A stretch of DNA of 60,639 bases, the filler included, from Basidioascus undulatus (lineage: Eukaryota), in the NCBI GenBank assembly GCA_000826855.1. It is 4 parts of 4 records of this genome, joined end to end, with 100 filler letters (N's around TTAATTAATTAA, not from the genome) between each part and the next. Parts side by side here need not be neighbours in the genome. Positions count along the whole stretch, not along the records: positions 1 to 30,018 come from JTLS01000118.1; 3 more parts are not named here. The stretch is one strand, 5' to 3'. The first letter of the stretch is position 1, and every line of letters starts with the position of its first letter. The notes beneath the pieces were generated by a model. It searched no databases, was not told the DNA's origin, and saw only the letters and a program-made list of their open reading frames with translations. This document shows positions 14,275 through 25,424 of this stretch, one piece after another. The position numbers and the translations under genes are program-made.

Positions 14275-16238
14275 ATGGCTACGAATGAGCCGAGACCTCT
14301 TACTGCTTTTTGCATGCTCGAGCGAATCGGGCCATGCCGACGTCGTCTTTGCGCTCATCGAAACGCTCCTGACCGTTCGATCTGGACGTCCACGTCGTGT
14401 CGTTCAACCCGCCGGCTGAGCGTGCCTCCAGCCTGGCCAAGGCAGCCGAAACAGGGTCCCACCGGCTGACCTTCCACTCGCTGGGCGAGAAAGGCCTGTG
14501 AGTAACACCAAGAACCTCCATTGAAACTACGCGAGCTTATCGCTGGAGGCAGCACGAGTGATGGAGGCTATGGGAAGGAACCGCTTTCTTCCCATGACTA
14601 GTGGAGCGCTACGTCAACCAACACCTTTGGGTCAGCGATCATCTGACCGGGACTCAGCCGGCGCGGTACATGGAGATCTACTATGAGGCGAAGAAGATCC
14701 TGGAGGACGTTCGACCGGACCTGGCGATTCTCGACGTCATGCTCGGAGTGTTCAAGAAGGAGGCCTGTCGGGTCCGTAAACTTTTACCATTTGAGAGCCT
14801 TAGAGCCTTTACTGAAAACCGGGTATACTCGACAGGATACCTCGACGAAATTCGTCCTCGCCACTCCACAGCCGAGTCTGTTTACGTGCTTGGTCAAGCA
14901 GCCTGTGCTGGACATCCTGCTGAAGTATTCCATGTACGTGAGAACCGATAATGTCTTGACGTATCCATCTTTGATTTCAAGCCCCGTGCGCTCAAACTCG
15001 CTCCCACACTTCAATATGCTTACTCGCACAGCATCGGCACCGCCTCTCCCTTCCCCGTCCCCCTTTCTCTTCGCTCTCTCAACTTCTTCAACGGCATCTT
15101 TTTCAAGCTTTTCGTAACCTTTCACCCCGCCATTCGCCGACGCGATCGTGTTCGGCATGCTGCCGGATTACCCAGTACCGCCATCTCGTCTACGATGGTA
15201 CTTCACACTGCACACTTGATCTAGAAGCCTTCCCCACTATCTTACACTTCCCTCTCTCTTTCAGTTTTGCGATCATGGCGAATCTGTGCCACTCTACCTC
15301 GTTCCTTCGGTTAAGGAGACCGAGTACCCTCACATCGTCCCGGACAACGTTCTCCTCTGCGGATCTATCCTCTCCCCTCTCAGTGACATTTCAGAATTCC
15401 CCGAGCTAGACGCTTTCTGAGGCAAAAGAGGACGGTGCTCGCCAATCTCGGGACGATGTTTCGGTGGAAGGTGCGTTGTGACTCAAAGCTTTGTACGTCT
15501 GTCCTTCGTGGCGAAGCTAACCTCTCTGCCCTGACGGCGTCTCTGCAGCGCGAAGAGGTTGAGATCATGCTGGACGCGCTGCTCGAGGCGTACCATGGCC
15601 GTCCCGGCGGGGACGACTTCCAGGTATTGTGTAAGCTACCGGACGCGGACCAATTCGCTGGACTGGTTGATGAGCGTCCTACGACACCCGTGACTCGTTC
15701 AAGATCGTGTCATGGATCGATGCCTCTGCGTTGGCAGTGCTTTCTCACCCGAACCTCGTCCTCTGGGTTAATCAAGGCGGCGCGAGTGTGTTTGGCTTCT
15801 GCGTCCTCCGGTTCTCGACTTTCAAGCCTGTTTACTGAAATACCTTACCTTCTCTTCCGTACCTTCGCTCATATTCCGTCCACGAGGCAACATAGTCCGT
15901 AGTTGCACTGCCGGTCAGCACACGCAGCGGTTACTCGACTTGCACTGACGAACATTCTCCCCAGTGCCGGCCTTCCTCAAATTATTCTTGCGCAATGGAT
16001 TGACATCTACTCATATGCGGCCCGTGTTGAAGCGTTCGGCCACGGGATCCACGCTAATAAGAGCACGCCGGCATCGCTCGACGGTCCGGAGCTGCTCGAT
16101 GCGCTTCGGAAGGTTCTCGGGGAAGAGGAGCAGCGCTTCTCCGCTCGGGCAGCCGAGCTGGCCGAGGCATGCACGGCCGGAGGCGGAGCAGAGAGAGCGG
16201 TAGAGGCTTTGTTAAAGGTTGCGGTTGCGGAGGCTTGA
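14275..16238 (+). pseudogene. UDP-glycosyltransferase (GT1) gene with multiple frameshifts
   Basis: LLFACSSESGHADV, DVHVVSF, EDVRPDLAILD, RTVLANLGTMF, PSPG-box-like SWIDASALAVLSHPNLVLWVNQGG, AGLPQIILAQWIDIYSYAARVE, GGAERA. Frame changes near 14300, 14375 and 15685 that are not at splice sites. Confidence 0.8.
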
Positions 16239-16464
16239 GTGTCATTTGCGGTGGTGTCGAAGGGAATTCATGTTCAGACAAGCTGGTCGTGTGTGCTGCC
16301 AATTTGAATGCTGCGGGTGTCATGTCGAGAGTGGTGAGCCAGCAAAAGCTCAGAAGCTCAGAAGGTGTATACATCAAGCGGACCGGCAGCCTGTGTACGT
16401 GGAGATTTCGGAGGAAGAGGTATTACTACGAAGGGCTCAGGATAACTGAAACGGTCCCTGTAGA

Positions 16465-19086
16465 CTACATGCGCTCGAGCAACTCCAACGTGAGAAGGCG
16501 CATGGCCGACGCGAGAACGTGCCTCGCCGATACGAACAGGTAAAGACGAGCTTGCGCGACCTGCAGGGCTGTAGGTAAGGACTAAACCCGAGACACGATA
16601 CCGCCAGCGATCAAAAACCTACCTCCTCCTCTGCGCCTTTGACCTTAAGAATGTCCCAAGCAGAAGATACGAAATGGGCGATCTTCATAGCGGCCGAAAC
16701 CTGCGTGCAGAACAGACTTAGCTGGCTTTCTCTCCGCGAGCTCCGCGGAAGACACGTTCGACGCACGATGGTACTCGGCTCCTTCTTCTCGAGCGCGGTA
16801 CGAACAGCGTCGGGGTACGAGGCGAGCAGGTAAACGAGTTCCCGCGCTTTCGGCTCGATCAGCAGGTCAGTGTTGATCTCCGTCGGCGGGTCTGCGCGCA
16901 GGACGGTGCCTTCTCCGGCGAGCTTGCGCTCCACCGAGCAGAGACGAACATGTGCATACTGCAGGTAGGGCCTTTGAAAATCAGGATGAGATCAGTTCAG
17001 AACGGCGTGAAATGAAGATGGCAGCGAAACTGTGGGCGCACCCCGTGTCGCCCTCGAACGAAGTCATGCGGTCCCAAGCTACGAGGTGAAACGGTAGCCT
17101 AGTGCGCGACAAGTAGGTCAAGAAGAGGGATGAGACGGACCGAAGAAGTAGGCCATCTTTCTATCACACCTCCAGGCCGTGTCTCAGCTGAGTACGCGAG
17201 TGTAAATCACGGTCGACGCTCACCGGCGAGCAGACAAGTCTTGGATCTTCACAGCCGTTATGCCCAGAACGTCGGCAGTCCAGTCGGGGTCGCTTAGCTG
17301 GTCGTACTTGTTGGTCGCGTCCTTCTGCATGACCTCAAGCATGATACCCTTCGACCTTTCGAGAATCCCTGCGAAACGTCCCCCAAAAAGTTTCCCGCTG
17401 AGTACGGAAAGAGAAGAGGAAAGAGAAGAGGCAGTGGAAAGGCGCTCACCTGCGAGAAGCTCGCCAGTGCCCTTGCGCGAGCTCATGGCCTTGCCTGTTT
17501 CCGGATCCTTTAGCATGCCGAAGTTTATGTGCTGCAAATGCGGCGCCCACTCGTACCCCATGAGCTCGAGGATCTTGAAGAGCTGCGCGAGGTGCAAGTC
17601 CTGCTGCGAAGCCACGACGTAGATCATGCGATCGAAGCGATAGGTGTCATGGCGCTCGATGGCCGCGGCGATGTCGCGGCTTAGATAGAGTGAGGTGCCG
17701 TCGCTCTTGCGGAGGAGCGCGATGCCGAGGTTGTGCTTCTCGAGGTCGACGACCAGCGCGCCATTCCACTCGACAGCGATGCCGAGCTCCTGCAGCGTAG
17801 CGACGGCCGCGTCCTGCAGCTGTCCAGAGACTTGGGATTCACCCGAGTAGACGTCAAAGCCTTCAGAAAAGGAGTTCATGGGTAAGGCCCAAGTAGCAAC
17901 AGTACGAACAAGCAGCACGCACAAATACCGAGACGGGCATAAACGTCCTTGTACTGCTCGATCGAAAGGATCCGGAACCGATCCCAAAGCGCCAATGGTC
18001 CGGTTTCTCCTGAGAAGACACCAGATTGTGAGATACTTGGAAACCTTGTGGTGCGTTTTTCACTTCGGACCCGCGACTTGCCAGCTTCCATTCGTTGGAA
18101 AAATTGGCGCGCTTGATTGTTGATCTCGTCGTCCGTTTTTGCCTTCAACCAGCCCGAAGGCTTCGTTTAAGCATAATCTCATTCAATTTCTTCCCTCAAG
18201 TTCGAAACCACTCACGGCCTCGGCGGTTCGGCTGTACACGTCGCTCAAGTGCTTGATGGGGTCGGCCAGCATCGCTTCCTCGGAGCCCCACCGTCCGAAC
18301 CCAATCGCGAGCAGTCCTATCGAAACAGCGGGAAAGCTTGATTGAATTGGCAACTGCTGAAGGCGGGGCTGAAAGGCATACCAAACTGCTTGCCCTTTCC
18401 GAAAGCAGATGAGTTTCAGCTAGACTGTCGTCTCGCTAGCAGAACGGCGTCAAGCACGTACCCAATCGCCAAGGTAATTCATCTTCGTCACCGTCCAACC
18501 ATTCGCCTCGTAAAGGTTCGCAAGGAACGCGCCGATGATGGTCGAGCGCAGATGGCCGACGTGGAACGGCTTGGCAATGTTAGGACTCGAAAACTCGACG
18601 ACGACGTGCTTGCCGCTGCCGGAGGTGTTGGTACCGTAGCCGCTGTGGTCTGACGTCGAGCTGGTCGAGAGGGTGTGGGTCTGGCCGAGAACGCGATGGA
18701 TAAAGGTGGATGTGCGGGCGGTGTAGCTCAGGAAGGTGCCCGTGCGGGCAATGGCAGCGAGGTAGTCGTTTGGCTGGAACTGTTCCCGCAACCCCAAAAA
18801 CTAGGGTGACACTCAATGGTCCAAAAAGATCTAGCAAAACGGACCTGCTCCACCGCCTTCTGAGCCCACTCCTCCGCCTTCCCCTCCAGCCCGAAGCGCG
18901 GCACAGCGACGTGAAAATCCGCCCCTTTCGACCGATGTCCACGCCGCCGTACGCGCGCTCGAGCTCGAGGTTGAGCGCTTTGGCAAGCTGGGCGGCGACT
19001 GCTGTGCGGTACGCGTCCATGATGATGCGCTCGGGCTCGGTGCCCCCTATGAAAGGGAGCTCGGTGGTAAAGGGAGAGGGAAACAT
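16465..19086 (-). CDS. RRS1: Arginyl-tRNA synthetase (class I); single apparent 1-nt frame break in exon 1
   Basis: [24 protein letters not shown] (HIGH-type), [75 protein letters not shown]-terminus LLERM*. Confidence 0.95.
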
Positions 19087-20245
19087 TTCAGGCAGCTCGC
19101 GGAGAAGAATGAGACGCCTTTCGAAGTAGTGCAGGTGCAGATATGGAGCAGGAGTAGTCCACCACAGGAGGTGAGTTATGGTTGAGTCTGAAGGGCGACT
19201 TGAACCGGTGAGTCAGAGCGTAACGGAGTCACAGTCCTCAGAAAGAACCCCAGAAGTGTCCAATTGTCGAACGCGAAGCAGCTGATGGCGGAGAGTTGCG
19301 GATGAGGAGGCGCCCACGCGGTGCGTCCCAGACGATCAAGCCGCGATTAGACGTTTGTGTTTCGAAAGAACACGTTGTAAGTACAAAGGAGGATGATTCG
19401 GCTTCTAGGCTGCAACGACCGGCACTGGCAGTCACAATCGCAGGCTTGCACAGGTCCGAGGCGCACTCTATCTACTGCAGAACCCCCTGGGTGGGATGAG
19501 CATTTGTGACGTGACCATGGACGCTGCAACTTCAGGAAGACCGCTTCCCCACTCTCTACAAGATCATATATACCTAAGATAAACTTAAGAACATGTTTTC
19601 TGGTTCTGAAGCACAGGGCGCGCAAGTGCGGAGGCCCTTGGAAGCACCACCAAGCTGCTTGACCAGGCGCATCCTATATCGGCCGGGATGTATGAGATAA
19701 CCCCGATACAATCAGGGGTAATTGCACGAGCAGGACGAAATTTTCTTATCAGAGTCGCAGGACAATCAAATACTGCGCCGAAAGTACAGGGCCTGTACAA
19801 AGTCAGGACAGGACGACTTCACCTGGGAGGTACGGGCTGCTTGAAGCCTGAACGGACTTGGTCCAATTGACCACCCTGTCTTGTCATTCTACACAGCTCT
19901 CCATATCGGTGTCAGGAAATAGCAGTTAGCCGACGAGTTAGCAGCAAGACTCCCCGTGGCCCATCGAGCTTCCATCCTACAACTCCACGCCTCCAGGTCC
20001 GGGAGCTTTCCATCCCTCGCATCTGACCATCCTCCTTGCCATCACTCTCCCAACTGACAGCTTCTACAACACCGGCCTGTCTGGAGTCTTCCCAGCATAC
20101 ACCCTTGTACAGTGCCTTCAGGCAGCGCGTCTTGGGTCGGTTCCTGACTCCAAAATTCATCAAAACGCATGCATGATCTCCCATCTTGACCCTCAACACC
20201 ACCCATCTCCACCCCACGCTCGCTAATCCCCTTCCGCTCGTTACC

Positions 20246-21219
20246 ATGCGTCTCCTCTCCCTTCTCTCGCTTGTTTCGGCTCTCGTTGCCTTCGCTGCGC
20301 CGCCGCCCTCCTCGGCCTCCTCAACTCCATCCTCCCCGACCTCATCCCCGGCTTAGATGCCGCGACGCTCAAGTTGGGCTTGGAAGCAACCACGCGCGCA
20401 ACCAACACGTTCAATGACAACTTCAAGGCACTCCAGCCGATGAGCTTGGCTTCTGTGTTGAAGGTCTGTCTCATTGTGCCTTTCTTGCCTATTTGGGGCT
20501 GAGAAAAAGCAGCTGACTGGAGCACGAGCGGGGATTCTTGCGTCGTGATGACGAGTAGAATGCGCTCAGCGGGTTCCAGATCATCGATGCCAACAAGGCT
20601 GCATCCTTCACGGTTCCTACTATGAGCCATTGTTTCCAACTTATAGAAGAGCAAAATGATGCTGACAACCGGGGCGTGTCGCAGCTCAACGGCTAGCTCA
20701 GCCCTGCGGACGCGGACAAGATCCTGCCGACACTGGAGGCCGTACGTCTGCTCTTGCCGCTCACCGAACCGCACAAACAAGGAGCTCATATAAATTTTAT
20801 AAACAGTATGTCAAGGCTAACCCGGCTCTGCTGGACACCATGATCGGTAAGTGTGCTCTGGCGCTGTAAGCCAGTGCACCAGACACCCGCTTCGCAGCAG
20901 CCTCTCAGCGTCGGTTCCCTATCAACATGCTGCTAATCACCCAATCCCAACAGCTCAACAACCTCTGGTGACCGACTTTGGCTTCCGGATTCCCGTCAGA
21001 GTCAACCTCATTCAGAACAGCACCACCACCAAGGTACGTCCGCTTTTCCCCCATCCAGTCGCTCCAACACTTGCTAACTTGACTGGGCGACGTTGACAGC
21101 TCTACGGCAACGTCCTCGAGTCCGCGCTCTCGTCGGGCGCCGACAAAACGAATGCACTGATCAACCAGCTCTACGCGGACAATGACCGCGCAAGGCAGGC
21201 GTATGTGAACCTGATCTAG
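20246..21219 (+). pseudogene. Secreted HsbA-like (hydrophobic surface-binding) protein gene, disrupted
   Basis: Signal peptide MRLLSLLSLVSALVAF, frameshift at ~20300, in-frame TAG 20694-20696. Helical LNG*LSPADADKILPTLE..YVKANPALLDTMIAQQPLVTDFGF..LYGNVLESAL resembles HsbA; canonical introns retained. Confidence 0.55.
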
Positions 21220-22250
21220 GACTCAGATGGAGGAAACGGATCTGCACCGGGTGTGACACCCGGACGAGGTGGACGGATTGATTTTATCTTCCTAATGGAC
21301 AATTAATTTGACACTTTTGGTATGTGTCTGAGCGGTTAGGCTGCGATTTGAGAGCTCCTGGGGCAAAAGTTCAACGGTTGTCGAGGCCAGTGCTCGATGC
21401 CACCAGACTCCGAGGGGGCTAACCGAAGAAGTTGCGGATGTCGCAGGACAGAAGCGGTTAAGCTGGAAGTGCCCAGGACTTTCCTGGACCCACAACGAAT
21501 CCCTTAAAAAGCGTTACAATGGAGATCCTTGTCTTAGGGGAGAAAGACAGATACTAGAGCGCGTGATGAGGTCCAACATTTCGGAGATCAAGCAGTGTAC
21601 GACCGTGAATGGCCTCATCCCGCCCCTCAACTGGTTCACACTAGGAAAATCATATTTGTGAAGTTCTTGAAGTTCTTTCTCCCCAGGTGAACTATTTCAC
21701 CCATGGTCGGAGGTCGGGCAGCAGCACAATACTTGGGCACAGAGCCTTTGAAAGTGAGGCCCCATCGGAACACGTCCCGGCCGGGTTCTGCGCAAAACTT
21801 GATACTTCTGTTTTGTTTCTTTTTATTTTAAAGTCAATTTGAGCATTGTCTGTTAACGTAACAGTCAGGCCATGAGTCAGATGAGCATGTCGACTTCAGC
21901 AGAGAAGGGTAGGGTGAACCACCGGGCTCGGGCGGACTGGAGTTGCCCAGCGGCCGCCATGGCCCGCGCAGAGTGCTGGCCTGCGCGAGTCCAGCAGAGG
22001 CTGTTGAGGTATAAAACAGAGCATTAAGAAAAGCGGGACTTGAGGACAAGGTGGGGAGTGGGAAGGCGTACATGATGGTGTTGTTCAGGCGCGGGAGGTC
22101 GTACCCAGGTTAGCCCAGGATAACAGAGATCAGTCTGACGATCTCTGCAGCGGCCCCGTGGCAGGTGCTCAGGGATTCGGTGATGGAATCGATGTGAGCT
22201 TCGTGCAGAAGGAGCCACGCCCTACCCATCCACCCCAGCCAGCGGCCTGC

Positions 22251-22574
22251 TCAATCCAGCATTAGTTCCAGCAAATACATCGCCGCCATCGTCCTAGCCG
22301 TCATCCTCGTTTCTTTGCTAAAGGACCACGCCATCCACCGCTCCTCCTGCGTGCCTGCGCCGGGGACCAACGCCTGACCTGCGGAGACGTAGTCGAAGGA
22401 GGGGCCCCGGCGGATGGTGGCGGCTGCCAATCGGGCTGGGCTGAGCCTATGCAATTGAAGCGCGATGGCGAACTTCATGCCTGCGTGGGGCGGGAAGGGA
22501 AGTTGAGAAACAATTGGGACTGTTGAAAGTCTAGTGGAAGCGCAGCCGCTCCGATGTTGATCCAGCCGGAGCAT
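22251..22574 (-). pseudogene. Decayed coding remnant, paralogous to 24509-25012
   Basis: PHAGMKFAIALQLHRLS...GAGTQEERWMAWSFSKETRMTAR aligns by eye with the remnant at 24509-25012. Confidence 0.35.
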
Positions 22575-24078
22575 ACGTCCGACATGCCGTAGGAGTGATA
22601 CTGGGGGCAGGAATATCAGTGAGCAGCATCCTCATACCTTCTGAGACGGCGGGGAACGCACACCAAGGAGATAGTAAGCGCGCAGCACGTCGAGGAGATG
22701 CTTGTCGCAGGGCTTTCAGTATACTACTGCCCGCAGCGAGAGCAATTGACGAAACTCCTCGTAAACGTATCGATCCTGATCGAGTGCCTTGTTCAAGTGG
22801 TCTGTCGCCTTTTTTAAGAAGGTATACTCAAACAACAGCAGCGTCGCCACTGAGGCGCGTGACACACGTGTAGAGGGTGGGCGAAGAGGAGGCAGGGGTG
22901 CGGCCGCCTGGGGTGCTTGAGTGGGAGGTCGAGCGACGTGTATAGCGCGGGCACGTAGAGGATGGTGGATGCGGCAAAACGCGTGAAGAAAACGTCTAGG
23001 CGGTGCGCCAGACAAAGGGTCGACATTTTCAGGCTACAGGGAGACGAGGAGAGGGTCGTACAGTGTCTTGGACAGGTCCCAACGGCCTTCATCCTTTCAC
23101 CGAGCTCAAAACAGATCTAGACGGGTGAGGTGGAGCATAGCAGAGGACGAACCCTTCCATCCTCAAATTGGTGGAGCAGAGGATGGGTGCTTCTTTCGGG
23201 AGGACGGAGCGCACATCGGGTGTCGAGGCCGTGTCGCTTGAGGGTGATGGACAGCCTGAGGGCCCGATATAGATGTTAGGAAGAATAGCATGCGGTTAAA
23301 ATTAGGGTAGTTAAAGTACTGGAGGAATTGCTTTTGAGGTCGGGGAGAGACCTGTCACGGCTCCCAGAGTCACGTTCGAGCTCCTCGAGCGCTTTCTCCA
23401 GCTCGGCTGCCAATGCGAGGACGGACCTCGATGAGCTTTTCCCGACCCTAGTGGCTTTTCCGACTACAAACACACCAATCTTCTTATTCAGCTATGCGAT
23501 CTTGCTGCCCCGGTGCTCGTACCCACACGCATAGATATGCGACTTCGCATGTCGCAGACGGGCTTGACTGTGTCACATTTCTGCAAAGACGAACGGGAGT
23601 AGCGTTAATACGGGTCAAACTGTTCTAAGAGGAAATGCTTGGGTACAGAGAGGGAAGTGACTCGCCAGCTTCCGCACAAGGCAGTTGCCGCAGGCTGCGC
23701 CGTAGTGGATGCGAGATGACTTGGAGGGGACTGGCATTCCAGTGCGAGGTGGTGAGCCCTTTACGGTAAGGACGAGGCTCACGAGACAGTGGGCCTGGAT
23801 ATGAGCTTGAGGGTGCTGATGGCGAACTCAAGAGCGGAAAGCAGAGAGCGGAAAGAAAGCATTCGGGTTATGTATCTCGCTCAATCTCGCTACTCGCTAT
23901 TCCTGAAGTGCGTGCTCTTGAATTGCGTGCGCTGCTTTTGGCGAAAGGCGGGGAGACCCCCCGCACCCCCCTGCGCCTACGGCGGGCCTCTTCGCCTCTT
24001 CGTCGTCGTCGGTGGGTGGATTTTCCCGCACTCTTTCTCTTTCTCCTATTTTCTTCTCCTCTTTCTTTATTGAAACAG

Positions 24079-24138
24079 CCCAGATCCTATGATACTTAAA
24101 CGCCGGGTTCGTCGCGGCATTAAGTATCAGGATCTGGG
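24079..24138. repeat. 60-nt imperfect palindrome (arms of ~19-21 nt), MITE-like or RNA hairpin
   Basis: CCCAGATCC-TA-TGATACTTAA ... TTAAGTATCA-GGATCTGGG with an inner GCCG/CGGC pairing. Confidence 0.85.
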
Positions 24139-24161
24139 TTCGATCCCCAGTTCGCCCCCCA
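24134..24161 (+). other. tRNA 3'-half fragment (T-arm, acceptor strand, C discriminator, CCA), tRNA-Pro-like; no 5' half
   Basis: CTGGG-TTCGATC-CCCAG T-arm with B-box GGTTCGATCC, then TTCGCCC-C-CCA; TTTTT at 24174-24178. Confidence 0.6.
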
Positions 24162-24508
24162 GTTCGACCTCTCTTTTTCAAACAACCCGAGCCACGATCA
24201 CCGTCTCCGTCCTTTCCACAATATCAAGATCAATGGCTTACCCAAGAACAGTCCCATATTGTCACGCCATATCTCACTCATGGTACGCGAAACAGCACAT
24301 TGCTTTGGGTCGGACACCAGTTTCAGCAGGATGCATCATTTTATGTTACCACTACACCTGGATGGGTTGCAACGGTTTAGCTCCAGGCCAGCAGTTTTGT
24401 GCAAGTCAGGCACTGGCCGCTGATTGCAGCTCGGGAAAAGCCGCAGCTGTCCATCGGGATGCAATGCGGTGGACGCTGAAGAATTGGCAGGCTCCAGAGC
24501 TGGCTTTC

Positions 24509-25012
24509 TTACAGGGGAACAATGGGTTTCAAGGAATGCAATCGTAACAAGAACAACAGTAGATTCCACATCCGCTTAATCCTTCTGGTCGCGCTCTCCG
24601 CCGGTGGAACCTGCGCCAAAACGAGCACCTGCCGACCCAGGGGACCTCGATGAGCTCGACGTCCCATTCGCGTGGTCTCGGAAAAGGTCCAGCAGACCTT
24701 GCGGTCAGCGCCAGCTCCGCCCAAGCGCCCACCGCCAGCGCGGTCTAGCAGAATCGCTAGTCCTGGGTAGCTTGAGAACGAGATTCCGGCGAGGATTGAA
24801 AACGCCGCGAGCGCCATCGCAACGATGCGGAAGAAGGAAATCTCGCCAGCTTCGTCCCGGTGTTGATAGCCGACCTTGTGCATTGCGAGGGCCAGGGCAA
24901 TAACGACTCCCGGGGCCATGATGAAGGCGGCCAGGGTGGGATTCGGTTCGAATGCACCCTGGGCGAAAAGTCCGTTGCTTGAGAAACTGCGCAGGGCGGT
25001 ATTGCGAAGCAC
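24509..25012 (-). pseudogene. Hypothetical membrane protein remnant, paralogous to 22251-22574
   Basis: Two hydrophobic stretches; MAPGVVIALALAMHKVG...GAGADRKVCWTFSETTRMGRR. Confidence 0.35.
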
Positions 25013-25424
25013 TCACCTGCCCCCATTCTGCTCACTCGGATATTTGAAGAGGCCAAGAGCTGCAGCCCGCCGAAGCGCTGAAGCGCGCCCAAGGCGCGCT
25101 CCGTACATAGCTTGGCACATTGTGGCACAGCCTTCTTCCACGTAGGTCAATGCACCAATTTAAGCCACTTCCCAACATTACTCCTCTTCATTTGCTTGCT
25201 ACATCCAACCCATAGGTACCACTGCCACACCTCGCACACCGACCAAAACGGCATTTCTCGACTGCCTTTGTTCTCAGTTGGAAAGTAGAACAAGTCCAAT
25301 TTGGCAGCCACAAGTAGGAAAGTAGTAGCAGTGAAATTGTATCAGGACGTAGGACAGAAACAGAGAAGACAAGAGAACCTATGAACAACAAGACAATGGC
25401 AGACGCTCGCGATGCCTAAGCCTT

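Noticed and set aside
22640..23480. Named gene call for LRR-like minus-strand fragments
   Set aside because: Too degraded (multiple stops and frame changes) to assign a family.
24079..24161. Complete tRNA gene (including tRNA-Sec)
   Set aside because: No D-arm, anticodon arm or adjacent acceptor 5' strand; only the 3' half is tRNA-like.
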